From Prorocentrum cordatum (lineage: Eukaryota), in the NCBI GenBank assembly GCA_963575745.1, contig CAUYUJ010000001.1:2790001-2854000 (forward strand): DNA of 64,000 nt, read 5' to 3'. This document shows positions 47,131 to 62,000 of the stretch, piece after piece; position 1 is the stretch's first letter; the number at the start of each line of letters is the position of its first letter. A program made the position numbers and the translations under genes. The notes below the pieces were generated by a model. The model was not told the DNA's origin, made no database searches, and saw nothing but the letters and a program-made list of their open reading frames with translations.

Positions 47131-49755
47131 AAGAGAACCGAAAACTCTGGAGCGAGCTCTACACTGATGCCCCCCCCGACGAGCGCGAAACAAACACAAT
47201 GCATCGAACAGACGCTACAAGATATCTCGGCCACGTCTTTGTGCGGGGCTCTTCGAGCTGGAACTATCCGTAAGGGTGCTGGCGGCACTTGAGACTTGTG
47301 GCGACGAGGCCCGTCGCATGTTTTCACGACGCCCAGACGCCATGATCGCCCCTGATGGTTTTCTCGGGACATGGCTCGGGCCTCGAGGCGGCCGCTTGGG
47401 ACGACGCAGGCGTCTCCGAAGGCAGTCGACGAGGAGCGCCTCCAGAGCCCCCCCCCCCCCGAGATGTCTCCAGGCAGGGCGCGCGGCCCATTCCGTTCCG
47501 CGGAAGCCGCGGCGGTCGAGGAGGGGACCAGCCTTCTCGTCCCGCACGGCGGGCGAGGCGATCGAGCTCTCTGCGCAGAACCTCCACCGCAGGGGGGAAG
47601 GGGAGGGGGGGCTTGGGGCAGACAGGGCGCGCGCGCAGCACGGGGATGTACACGGGGAGTGTCAACCAGTTTCGTCTTTTGGCAGGCGCGCACGCACGCG
47701 TGCGAGCAGTGTTGCATTTGTTCATGATTGTGTGCAGGAGCCGTGGCCAGGCTCAGGCCCAGCGGTGCTGAAGGCCCGATGTAGGGCCGCATGTCGACAG
47801 GTCTGGCCCGACTCCGCAAGAAAGGCGTCCTTCGATTATCGCCGGTTCTACCGAAAGGGAGGGGGGGCAAGCTCCGGCAGCAGAGTCAGCTGCCAGCCGC
47901 AAGGCCGTGGCGAACGTGCGTCCTGGGACGGCCCGTGCCGGCCTCCTCCCGGCCGAAAAACCTGCTCCCCGCCCGGGGAGCCTGCGTCATGATCCCCCTT
48001 CCCCGCCTCTACCCGTTTCCCCGCCTCCTCCTCTTCCTTCTCCTTCCGTGCCGCCTCCTTCCCGCTTGTCGTCGTCGCCGTCGCTGTCCTCCTCCAATCC
48101 ACGAAGTCAACGTGGTCTGACCAAGAGCGGCAAACCAAATGAGGCCTCTGAGAAGGAGGGCGGGCACGAGGGACTGCGACGCGAGGAGAGAATCTTGCAG
48201 AAGCTCGAGGAGAGGCCTCACAAAGCAAAGTAGGAGATGTGCTGAGGGAAAGGACCACATGTACCACAGGGTGCAGTCTGCCGGGGGAGGCATTTGAAGT
48301 TGGTTGGCACGCAGGCAGGCAATCTGATCAACAGCTGCAACAACAGCAGCAGTAGCAACGCAATAAGCAAGCGTACCAACAATTTTAGAGAGCTTAGCAC
48401 CATCTGTCATTGCAGTCAGGAAGTTAGCAGTAGAAGCAGTGCTTCGAACAGCAATGGCAGCAACATCACCAATCGCAATAACCTTAGCAATATTAATGGC
48501 AACCTGTATCGGCAACAATCGCATCAATATCCGCAGCCGTGCCGTCGGGGCTACGGGGGCTGTCCGCAGGCCACCCAGGGTCCTCAACATTGAATATGGT
48601 GAACTCTCTTATTTTCTGATGCCGCATTCCCTCCCTCTGGCGGGATTTCTGGGCGGAACCGGAATGTCTGGGGGTCATAATGGCGCTTCCGGGCGCTCCT
48701 GGGGATTGTTGCAAGGCTTTTTCAAAAGCAGGGCGTCGTCGGCGGCGCGCCGGAGGGGGCAGTGAGACGGGGGCAGGCCTTCTCGGAAGGCGGCGGGGCT
48801 TCGGAGAACTCCCAGGTAGCTTCTCCTAAGGCAGGAGGCCTTCTGAGCCTTCTAAGAAGGCCCGCCCCCTCTGCCTTCCCCCGTATGGGCGCGCCGCCGA
48901 ACTTCCCACGGGCTCGAAGATTGTCACCCAGAGCCCGTCTTGGAGCTGTCTTGGTAGCCTCTTGGGCCGTCTTGAAGGGCCTGGCGGCCTGCGCAAAAGA
49001 CCAAACAGTCGAACACCTGTAAGTTCTGAAACGGATCTCGTATGTTCGTTTCTTGAAGCGTGAAAGTCGGCTTCGGAGGCTCCCAACTCCGCCCTGCAGC
49101 ATCGCCAGAAGGCAAGATCACAGCAACGAACAGAGCAGCGTAGCATCGCGCCAACTCGAAGCCATTTGCAAGCCAAGGGAATTCTAAGCGTGAGCTCCAA
49201 GAAGTCCCGACGCAAACTCAACGCCAAGCCGAGATCTGCCAGCATGCCGCGAGGCACCGACTGTAGTGCCCTCAGGCCCCTTGGAATCCAGTGCTGAGTG
49301 GTCCAAAGCGGTGTGAATGCTCTCGAAGGACCCATGCGTCCAACTCAGGGGTCTCCTGGGCGTGGGCGCTATCGCGGCGCGGCACGCGACTTCCCCCCGA
49401 GGCCCTGTGAGCGCTGCGCGGGCTCCAAGCCTCCAGTTCGATGCGGGACAGCCCCGCGGGCCGCCTTCGGGCTCTATCCTGGGGGCCCACTGGGCCGTCT
49501 GGGAGGCTGTGGGGATTGCCCCAAGATGCCCGAGCCGCCCCTGGTGCTCGCATTCCGGTCGGGAGCCTTGGCTTACCGTGGTGCGGCGGCGGCGGCCCCG
49601 GCGCCACGCTGAGCCTTGGCGAGCGGGCAGCGCGGCGCTGCGCTCCGCAGGGGAGCGGGAGGCTGGGAAGAGCTCGGGACGTTGGCGCTCGCGGACCGCG
49701 GCGTGGACGGCGTGACGCGCCGAGGCGTGGTGGGCCACAACGGGCGGGCGGCGCT

Positions 49756-49935
49756 TTATTTTTGTTTTAGTTGTATTTGCTTGTTTTATGTTACTTGTTG
49801 TTTGCTTTCGTTTTGTATTATTTGTATATGTTTGTGTTATGTTTCTTTTCTTTATTGCTTGTATATGCTTGTTTGTTTATTGTTGGTTTCTTTGTGTTTT
49901 ATGTGTATATGCTTGTTTTCTTTTACTTGTTGCTT
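49756..49935. repeat. T-rich (TTTG/TTG) low-complexity tract
   Basis: Directly visible. Confidence 0.9.
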
Positions 49936-50397
49936 GGGGGCCACCACGGGCGGCGCGACACGCTGAACACGAGGTCCCGACCGTGCCGTCCCCGGGCTTC
50001 AGAGCGCCCCAGGCGGCTCGAGGGGCGGCCTCCGCGGCCCCGAGGGGGACAGCGTGCCCCCAGGAAGACACCCGAGACGCGCGGGCTCCCCGGGGAGGGG
50101 AATCCCAACCCGTGGGCCCAGGAGCTCCCGGAGATAAGGTGTTACTGCGGCCCGTTGGTTGTTACTGCGGCCCGGTGGGTGTTAGTATGGCCAGGGGTCC
50201 TCCGGAGCTTATTAATTATCGAGTACGGTGAAGGGGGGGGAGGGGGTCCAAAAAGGCTCCGCCCCCCCCTTTCTCCTAAGAGCCTCTCGGAAGAGCCTCT
50301 GGTGCTCTTCGAAGAGCTTCATGGAGCCGCCGAAGACCTTCTTGCAGCCGCCTAAGAGCCTCTTGGGCTCTCCGAAAAGCCTCTTGGACTCTCAGAG

Positions 50398-52142
<1,745 letters not shown>

Positions 52143-52162
52143 TCTTCTTCTTTTTCTCGTCG

Positions 52163-52852
52163 TCCCTAGCGCCCTAGGGCTAGCACTCCCTAGCGCCAGT
52201 ACTTCCTAGGGCTAGCACTCCCTAGCGCCAGTACTTCCTTGCACCCCCTCGGACTAACACTCCCTAGGACTAGTATTCGCTAGGGTTGGTACTCCGTCGT
52301 GCGAGTACTCCCTAGGACGAATACTCCCTTGGACGAGTACGCCCTAGGGGTAATAATTCCTGGGGCTGGTACTCCCTGGGGATAGCACTCCCTGCGGCTA
52401 GTACTCCGTAGGACTAGTACTCCGTATGAATGATATTACCTAACACCAACACTACAGCACCATAGTACTACCACACTACAGCACCACTACCACAATACCA
52501 GTACCACAACACCACAACACTGCTACCACAGCACCACAACACCGCTACCACAATACCACAACCACAACACCACAACACCGCTACCAAAAAGACCACTACC
52601 ACAGCGCCACTGCCACTACGACAACACTACTACCGACTAACAACTCAGCAACACTACCAACACCACACCACTAACACAACACTACCAACACCACACCACT
52701 AACACAGCACACCACTACCAACACCACACCATTAACACAGCATACAGCACAACCCGCCACTACCAACACCGCACCACTAACGCAACACTACCAACACCAC
52801 ACCACTAACACAGCACAGCGACCACCACACCACTAACACAGCACTACTACCA
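52163..52852. repeat. About 19-bp CCTAGGGCTAGCACTCC-type repeats followed by C/A-only repeats (CACCACACTAACACAG-like)
   Basis: Periodic units are directly visible. Confidence 0.8.
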
Positions 52853-53801
52853 CGTTGGTTCCAGATGGGAGTTACTGTGGCCACTTTTGCCTGCGCGGGA
52901 GTGCATTCCCTTGAGGGTTGCGAATCTTTCCAGATCTAACATGAGATAGCTTTACATATTAATTTTCATTGAGCGGCCTGCGCGGGCCACAGTAACTCCC
53001 ATCCCGCCGCGCGACGGGCCACGCTAACACCCAACGGGCCGCACTAACACCCAACGGGCCACAGTAACAACCGGTCGCGGAGCCCCCGCCCCCCCCCCCC
53101 CCTCCCGATAGCCCCAGAGAACACCATGAGGCCCCCAGGACCCCCGAGGGATCTCCAGAGGCTGCCAAGAGGCCCCTCAAGAGAGCCCAAAAGGCCGCTG
53201 GCAAGACCCGTGCATGGTGGCAAAGAGTGGCCAGATGCCTTTATCCGCCGCCCCCTGCTGATTCATAACAGGGGTGCCCGGCGTGCTGAATCCGTTCGCT
53301 TTTGGTGTTGGTTCGTTTTCCAAAAGAACCCTCCCTGGGGCTCCGGCCCAGCCCGCCGGGGTCCCGGAATGGCCCGGAAAGGCCGGTTCCAAAAGGTTTT
53401 CCTGCCCCAGATGGCTCCCAGATGGCTTCCAAGATGGCCAAGATGGCCTCCAAGCTCGCCCAAGATGGTCCAAGATGGCCTCCAAGACGGCCCAATAAGA
53501 TGCCTCCAACTCCGCCCAAGAAACTTCCGAGACGGCCCAAGAGGTGCCCAAGAGGCCTCCAAGACGGCCCAAGAGGCCTCCGAGAGGTCCTCCAGGAGGG
53601 CCCGAAGAGGCTAACATCACTGATCTTCCTTTTATTTTCAAAAGTTTTCCGCATTTGCTTCTGTTCGGCCTTCCGGCGACCCAACACGGCCCAAGAGGCC
53701 CCCAAGATCGCCCCCAGAGCGCTCAAGAGGCCTCCAATATGGCCTCAGGACTGCCCAAGAGAGAGGCCCCAAGACGGCCCCAAGAAGGCACAAAGATGAC
53801 C

Positions 53802-53988
53802 TGTCACAGGGTCGGGGGCCTATCGCGACACGAGGGATGTGAGAGGGGCGGGAGGAGCTCTCTTTCAGTACGCCGCATGAGTCTCCGGGGACTCGCACCC
53901 TAAGCCTAAGCGGCTATAAGACAGTGAGGACATAGAGGGAGAGCGAGAGGGAGCGAAGAGAGACCCCCCCAGGGGCCAAACGGGGACA
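53802..53988 (-). repeat. 3' LTR (187 bp)
   Basis: TGTCACAGGG...CGGGGACA on the plus strand. It differs from the other LTR by 5 substitutions and one C-run indel. Confidence 0.95.
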
Positions 53989-54339
53989 GCGGACCCAACT
54001 TTCGCGGCTGAAACTGTCTCTTCAAAACGAGGACCCCCCACCACAGCAATGAAGGCCCCCGCCTCCTCCACGATGAAGGCGGGCGGCCGCCTTGACGCCG
54101 CCAACGGCGAACCTGCGGCGGCGGGGCCTGACGGCCTTCCCTGCGGCGGGGGCGTCTCCTCCTCCTCCTCCTCCTCCGCCTCCTCTTCCTCCTCCTTCTC
54201 CTCCTCACCTCTTCTCCTCGTCTTAGATCTCCTCTCCTTCTCACCGTCTCTCCTCTCCACCTCTGAGCCTCTTCCTTTACCTTCCTCCGCGCTTCGCTTC
54301 TCCTGAGCAACGGGCCGGGCCTTCTCTTCCTCCTCCTCT

Positions 54340-56200
54340 TCCTCCTCTCTTCTCTGGGCCTGCTCGGAAAAGGCCTTTCGGGGGGCGCCGCGAGAGCGGC
54401 TCTTGAGGGGCAAATTGAGCGACCGCTCATCCAAGCGCCCCCCTTCGTCGATCAGGCAGAGGGTCCCGCGGCGCAACAGATCGCGAAGGGCGAGATTCCC
54501 ACGAGCCGGATCCGCATGGGTGAGCGGGTCCGCCAGCATCCCCAGATGGGGAAGCCAGCGAACTTGAGAGCCCACGCTCGCGAGGGCATCTCTCACCAAC
54601 GCCAGCTCAATGGCATTCCTACGGTCCGCCCGGGACCCCGCGGGCCCCCGGGCCAACGTGTCGAACGCTGACTTGGCGTCCGCGATAGAGAGCGAGGACG
54701 CCTTTTCTCCCAGCTCGCACGACTTCGCCAACATCACCGAAAAGGGGGAAGGAAGCACCGAGGTCCCAGTCGGGGCGGGGAACGTCGGCAAAGACCGCGT
54801 CCCTCCACACTACCTGGAGCCATTGGGCTTCCGCCACCGCACTGGACAGGGCGAGCGCCCAGCTGCCACAGTGGAGCTGATGGCGCGCTTCAACCTTTGG
54901 GAACGCAACGAAACCCTTGAGCGCTGGTTGGATCGTATTGCGGCATCTGCTGCCATCACCAGCCAGGCCCCCTGGGCGCCCCCTCTGCTGGCGGACCCTG
55001 GACCGCCGGCGTCCGAAGCCGCGACGTACGTCAGGGACAGGGGGTCGAGAGCCCAAATAGTAAGCTTCTGGCCGGCCGTGGCTTTCAGAAACTTGCACAC
55101 CTTCACCAGGGTGATCGCGTGAGCAACCGTGGGGTTGGGCATCGCGCTCGCCAGAATCGAGGCTCCTCCGGCGACGTCGGGACGAGACTCACGAGCTACC
55201 CACTGCACTTGAGCGATGACCGCTCGATAGGAGGCCATCTCTGACGGGGACAGCAAAGACTCTGGGCACGCCCGACGCGAGCGCTCGAGGGGAAAAACCG
55301 TCAGCTGCTCACGAATGTACTTTTCTTGGTCGACGGTAATTCTGTCCTTGTACTGACGCAGATGGCGCCCGGCGTAATCGGCCTCGCCGGTCTGCCATTT
55401 GCCAAACTTGAAACGGGCGGTGGCATGCTGCTTAAACGAGTCCTGGAAAGACGGAGTCCCCGGCACGATGAGATCATCCACCTCGATGACGACAATACCC
55501 TCCGGGGCACCAGTGCGGCTCCTTTTCAGCCACAGGCACGGCTCCAGAAGCGAGCGAACGAAACCCTCGGACGCGAGCCAGTCAGTCAGCGTCCGATGCC
55601 ACAGCAACGGGACATCATTGAGCCCATATACGGGCGCAACCAGCTCGATCAGTCGGTCCGGGCCGACTGGCAGCCCTGCGCACGGCTCCACGAAAATGGA
55701 CCCCCGGGGACGCTCCAACTTTCGGCTTTGACAGAACGCGTTCTTGGCGTCCGCCACCGACAGGGACCATCCCATGGAACGCACGATTTGGAGGGCCAGA
55801 AGGACGCTCTCAGACTGGGGGGTCGGACTGTAAACCTCGAGCGTTTCACTGTCCGGGTCCTGATGTCCGTGCACACACCGCCTTGACTTGGGGGTGGGAA
55901 GGGGCCCCACCACCTCGACGGGCTTCAGCCTGCGCACCATTCTGGAAGAAAGGATGCGGTCCGGGTGGCGACGGCGGGCCAAACGAAACTCTTCTGCTGA
56001 TAGTACTCTCACGGCCCCTGTGGCCAACATCGCTTCCCATTCCTTAGCGTCAGCGGCCGCGAAGCGGATCCGATCTTCTGGCGATAGCTCCTTCAGGCGG
56101 ACCTCCGCCCCTCCGGGATTCACCTTCTTCCCTTGGCCCGCCGAAGCCGAAAAAGCAAAACTGCCCTCGGCATCGAGGTCGTCTATGAAGAACGAAGCAA
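54340..56200 (-). pseudogene. Copia reverse transcriptase and RNase H, frameshifted near 54860
   Basis: RT motifs: KSRRCVHGHQDPD, YSPT, ADAKNAFCQS, VYGLND.PLLW, IEVDDLIV, YAGRHL. RNase H motifs: ASDAG, LKRAISSTVAA, DAKSAFD, RRNAIELA, LADPLT. Confidence 0.92.
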
Positions 56201-57049
56201 AATCGGGAGCCTCCGATCGGGCGGGCCACTCACGCAGCTCTTCGGCCAAAATCTTATCCTGATCCGAGTCCCAGGATGACCAGAGGTCCTCACTTCCGCT
56301 GGCTCCCACGCCTTCGCCGGCCTCGGTGCTTTCACCGTCATCCCTGGACTTGGCCTCGGCCAACCAGACCGGGGTGTTCACCTCCGGGGATCTGCTTCGG
56401 GCTCGGGGTTCCTCTCGATCGGAAACGGGGGCTGAGGCGGACCGACTGGGCGCTCTCGCCCGGGGCGCGGAAATATCGCGGCCGGAGCCGAGGCGACGAG
56501 CCGCAGCGGCCATGGGCACATCAGCTGCGACGTATCTTCCCAGATCCGGAGGCGGGCGAACGGGCGCCGCTCTGTCCAGGGCCTGACGTAGGCTCTCCGG
56601 AAGTTCGCCGAACGGGGGCGCCGAGGCTGACTCGGCGGGGGCGGCTGAACCAGCCGCGGGCGAGGCCTGCTCGAACTGGTGGGCCTCTCGCTCCTGAATC
56701 CTCTTTCGGACCGAAGGCGCGGGGCCGAGCTCCTCAATCGGAGTCAGCTTCAGCTGCTTCGATCGGGAAGACCTGGGCCCCAGGGCCCCGCTGGCGGGCC
56801 TGGACTCAGGCCTCGACTCGCCCTCCGAGGGCGCCGGGGAAAGGACCGGGGGACCCGCCGAAACGGACTCGTCTGGAGCGAGGGGGCCCGCCTGAGCAGA
56901 CGGGACCCTGGTGTCCTCGGACGCCTGCCGCGAGGGGCGGGCCAGGGCGGTAGAGGTCTGCGGGACCTCGGGAAGTAGCGGCGTCCGGGACATCGAAAGC
57001 CTCAGGGGGAGAGGGCCCCTCGGCCGCCACGTCGACGGCGCCGCTTCTC

Positions 57050-58200
57050 TTCCCGGGGTTCCGCACTTCCTCGCGCAGTTTGTCAAAGGCCGTGCTCTCT
57101 AGCAGCTCGGCACCGAGTGATTCCGATCGGGTCGCGGGGCGAACCTGTTCCGCCGTGCATTTGAGAAGCCTGGATCGCATGGCCACCCACACTGTCCCGC
57201 CCCTGCTGCCTCCTGAGCCGCCCGCCTGGTATATCACCACGCCTGGGCCAGTCCAGCGATCGCGCTGCAAAGAGTGCGACCGGTTCGCGGTCGTGATGCG
57301 TCTATATACATACACCCAGTCGCCCGGGCGGAACTCGCGGTCAGAATGGAGGCGGGCCTCGGCGGCCTCCGACAGCCTGGACTTGACATCCAGTGACGCG
57401 AGAGCTCGCCGGGCCTCCTCGCGGATACGATGCTGCCTCGCAAAAGCCCCCGCGGCTGAATCAAGATCGATAGACATCTGGGCCACGTCTTCAGATCCGA
57501 TAAGGTCAAGGGGATCGTCGGACAGGAGCGAGCGGGGCGTGCGAGGATTCTGTCCGAAGACCAGCTGGGACGGAGAATACCCCCCGCGATGGAAGCCACG
57601 GTTCTTCGCGGCTACAACCTCGCACAACAGCAGGTCGGTCTCTTCGGCCGACGTCGGGCTCACGGCGAGGGCAGCTTTGGACAGCGCATCCTCGACGATT
57701 CCGCCGTGACGCTCGCACTTGCCATTCTGATGAGGGGGGTTGGCCGGGATAACGTGGTGCAGAATGCCGATGTGCTCGCATCCCCGAGCAAGCGCCCCCT
57801 CGAACTCCCCACCACCGTCGCTCATCAACATCTCAGGGGCCCCGAAAGGCCTCGACCACCAGCGAGAGAACGCAGCCCAGACCGTCTTGGCGGCATCGTC
57901 TGAGAGTAGACAGCACTGTTGGAAGGAGGTCCCGTGATCAATCACGTTGAGAACGGGCGTGGCTTTGCCTAAGACGTCCACATAAAATCCACGGCGATCA
58001 TCTTATTGAAGGCATACGTGTGGGGAAGGTGGGCTTTCCTCCTCCAACTGGCCCTCGAGTGGGAAGAGCATTGATCACACTTGAAACAATCCCGCGCCCA
58101 AGTCAAAACTTCGGGGCGCGCGCCTGCCACACGAAGGGCTCGCAAGAAGTCCTCATCGCGAGGATGGCCGAGGTTCACGCGAAGTCTAGCGACTTCCCTC
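57050..58200 (-). pseudogene. Copia integrase (zinc finger + DDE), frameshifted near 57980
   Basis: RLRVNLGHP...CDQC (first His replaced by Arg), IAVD, VLNVIDHGTSFQ, MSDGGGEF, HQNGKCERHGG, GGYSPSQLVFG and RWTGPGVV. Confidence 0.92.
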
Positions 58201-58379
58201 TGGAGCTCCCCGGAGAGCCCCCCGCTTTTGGTCCCCGGGGCCGGGAACTGGGGACTGGGATGTTCCCCCTGAGACTCAGCCCCGGAGGGCTCGGGATCCC
58301 GCTCTTCGACGGGAAAATGCCAATCGGCCCCCTCTGAGTCGGGCTCCTCGGAGCCTTGCTCTCGCCGGTGGAAGACCCA

Positions 58380-59015
58380 CGCGGAGTCTTCAACTCCGGT
58401 CGCCAGGCTCATCACTAGCTCCCTCGGGAACTTCTCCGCTGCGCTGGTCCTGGCGCGGCCGACGAGGTGAACGCGTGAGTGATCACCGGAGCAGCGGCGT
58501 CGGCAGTGAGCAAGCAGGGGAGGAGAGTTAGACATGATCGACATCGGCTTCTTGGAGAGCCCCTCTCCGTCGACCGACAGTCCGTGCATGCACTGATCCA
58601 GGGTCTCGCGGCTCACTCCCGGAAGTCCAAGGATGTGACGAGTGGACTCGAGCTTCCACGAGCTCGCCGACGCCGGGTGCTCCAGAGCAAAGAAGCGCCC
58701 CCTCGAAATCTGAAACTAGGCTATCTTCATGCACAGCTGGAAGGCCGCCAGACCCCTCTCCTCCTCCCGAATCTCAAGGACAGGGTCCATCCGCCCCCAG
58801 TTGGAGGCACGCGGGGCGGAAAAGGCCTTACACATGGGCGTCATTAGCACGTGGGGGGGGGCATCCTCCTCGAGCCGTTGCCAAAGGCGGGCCTCGCCTT
58901 CCGGGGTGAGGAGGTCGGTTCCAGTCAAGATATCGAGCGCGGGGGAAACCTTAAAGCCGCGACGCTCAAGCTCGGCCGAGACCTTGGCCGGACTGAACAG
59001 CTCCAGGACGACCGT
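58380..59015 (-). pseudogene. C5 cytosine-DNA-methyltransferase-like domain in the polyprotein, with a premature TAG at 58716-58718
   Basis: VLELFS (motif I-like), LDILTGTDL (II/III), LMTPMCKAFS (IV, PPC-like), FALEHP (VI), LDQCMHG...KKP (VIII) and FPRELV (X-like). All lie in the polyprotein frame on both sides of the stop. Confidence 0.7.
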
Positions 59016-62000
59016 ACCCCCACGAGCCTGCTCCTTTTCCTTAGCGATCTTACGACGGGCCCGGCGGCCCCTCCTGAGGCCGAGACCGTCTAGGGCGCGC
59101 GCGGTAGCGTCGCGTGCCTTCCGGGGGGCGGACGGGGGCGCGGGAGCGATCTCGATTAGGCCGTCTAGGGCCGCCGCAGCGAAGCGGTCCTCCTCCACCA
59201 CCTGCACCTCTTTACCTTCCCTCCTGCCTTCCCTCTTTTCGCACCAGAAGGTGACTAGCAGCTCGTCGGGCGAAGAGGCACTTACTGCATCCGAAATCTC
59301 ACGCGAGCCTGAGGCGGCCCAGAGTCCTGAGAAGATAGGGACCCCGCGAGGGCCCTTAATGTCAATCCATCGGGGGTTCGAGGGGAGTAAACAAGAGGGG
59401 GGCTGGCCACCGCTCGCCCCGATCGCGAGCGCAGTGAAAATTTCTCGGCGCTCCTTATAGGGAAGAGCCCTCAGGGCCCACCCCTCGCGCTGGCAAAGCT
59501 CCGGGCCCGAAAGGAGCCTGTCGTTTTCTTCATCCCAGAGCCCGAGGATTCTCCAGGAAGTTTTTCGAAAATATTCCTCCCCCCTGGATCGGTTCAGAAC
59601 TACCCCGAGATCCTTGACGAACAGGCCCCTCGGAGACGTCGAGCTGGCTCCTAGCTTCCTTAACTGGATCCGCTTCGGATCCTCCTCGATTCCTAGATCG
59701 CATACTCGACGAAACGATCCTAGTCCTGGCTGCCGCCCGCTCCGAGCGCCGCCGTCAACATCTGGACTACCCTCTGCATGTCCTGCTCCGACATCACCGG
59801 GCGCGACGCCATCTGGACGAGGGCCGTCTCCATGCGGTCGCCCTGCTCCTGGACCATGGTGTGGATGCTGGTGAACGTCCTCTCGTTCTGCATGCGCTGG
59901 GATTCGATCGCGGTGTTCATGTCCGCCAGCGCTTGCTGCATCTCGAGCGCCGTCATCGGGCGCGTCGGCGCCGCCGTCTTGCCTGCCTCGGGCCTCGGCT
60001 CTGGAACCCTCCCGGTGCGAGGGTCTGCCTTGGCCGGCGGCGGTGGCCTCACGGGGACATACCCTTCTTCCGCTTTGACCATCAGCATCGGGCGATCGAA
60101 GCTCGCCTTCGGGAGGGACTGAGAGGCCGCCGCCGCGCGAGCAGCCGGGGCTGGCGGCTGCGGCTTCGGATGCAGCCACGGGTCGCCTTGGTCGAAGAGG
60201 GCCACCTCCTGCTTTGACTGAGCTTTCATCTCCTTGATGGCCTCCCTGGTCTTCTTCCTCTCGAGCTTGGCCCTCTCGTTCTCGTGCCGGCGCTGGGCCC
60301 TGAGAAGCTTCTCCTCCTCCGAGAAAGGCTGATGCCACACGCGATCGCCGCGCGTCATGCACTTGCCGAAGGTCCCGTGCTGGTTCTCGGAGTCCCAGCG
60401 GGCGTGGAGCGGGCGGGGGCAGTCGTCCGGGTCGACCTTCTCGGACGGGTTGAGGAGGTTCGGCATCTTGAAGGCCACCAGCATCGCGTGCGCGAACGTC
60501 GTCATGTGCCAGAAGATGCGGATGACCAGCCTGCGCCAGTGATGCACCTTCGCCGGGAGCAACTGACGGCCCGCGTAGAAGTTCTGCTCCTCCTGCTCCG
60601 TTATCGCCTCGAGCTCGAGCGTCGCCTCCAGCGCCGGGTCCAGCATGGGCAGCTCCTCCCAGCCCTCCGACGCGCCCATCAGCGTGTCGTACTCCGGCGG
60701 GGCGCCCGACCAGAGCACCTCCTTCGAAGCCTCGCGCATCCCTCCGAGGTCGAGCGCGACCCTCTTGAGGGCCGGCTCCTTCTTCACGCGCCTCGGCGCT
60801 GGCGACTTCGCCGCCAGCGTGCGTCCGCCGCGGCTCGAGGCTGCCTTCATCTCGGCTGGCGGCAGCTCCGACCTCGCTCTCTCTGAGGCTCGTTCGCGCT
60901 GGCTGAACCGAATCACTACGGTTGGGCCCGCTGTCTGATCCCCCTTGGCCCCCGAGAGAGACCCCCAAGGACTCGACAGGAGGCGAGGAGGAGGGGGAAC
61001 TGCAGGCGCAAGCGCAGCGCAGGCAGGCAGCAAAAGCGGCGGCCGAGCGGCGGTCCTTCAGGAAGCGGGCCCCAGGCATCTGCTCCTGGATCTCGGGCGA
61101 TACCTTGAGCGAGGCGGCCGGGCGCTGCGCCAGGTCGACCGAGCGGTGGCCGGACGGGTGCGTCGCCAGGGGCACCCTCACGCGACGGCGCAGCACGCCG
61201 TCGCTCACCACCAGCACATTGCCCGCGAGATCGATCGCGCTCTCGAGGCAGGCGAGCAGCTTGACCGGCAAAAGAGGGGGGCAGTTCTGCTCCAGGATGA
61301 GAAACTCCACGACCCCGTTCCCGCCGAGCGTCACCGGGACCCACGCCCGGCCGACGGGCGCCGTCTTCCCCCCGATCCCGGAGGCGCTGATGCCCGTCAC
61401 CGGCGTCCAGTCGTAGTGGATGCAGTAGCCGACCTCCTGCAGCGCCTGGGCGAGGATCTTGACCTCCCTCTTCCCGATCAGCGCCTGGGCCGCCGCCGTG
61501 TCCACCAGGGCGTGGGTGCCAAGGCTCTTGATCGACGCGAAGCTCGAGGCGTCGGTCTCGCATGCCTTCAGCAGCTCGTTCACCTTGCTGCCCCAGTCCA
61601 TGTACGAGTAGGCGTCGCTGTCGGAGTTGGTGAAGAGCGTGGACGCCGAGAACTTGCCGTCCTTCTCCTTCGCCAGGCGGTCGGCCTTCGAAACGTAGGG
61701 ATTCTTGCAGTCACTAGCCCAGTGCCCTCGCTGTCCACAATTCGCACACCTCGCCCGTCGACGGATGTCACGTTCGCCTACGCGCTTGAATCCAGGACGG
61801 GCCGCCTTGCGCTTCGAGAAGAACTCTCGATCGGTCTTCTTGGCGGCCTTCAGCTTCCTGAACTCGGTCCACGAGCGTCGCTTTTCCTTGCCAAACTTCT
61901 CTTCGATCACTGCGGCGAAAACTTGTATGGCCTCCTCCTCATCAAGCTGCTGCTCCTCGATCGCCGTGAGAAACGCCTCAGCCTCCTCCTCCGGCAGCTC

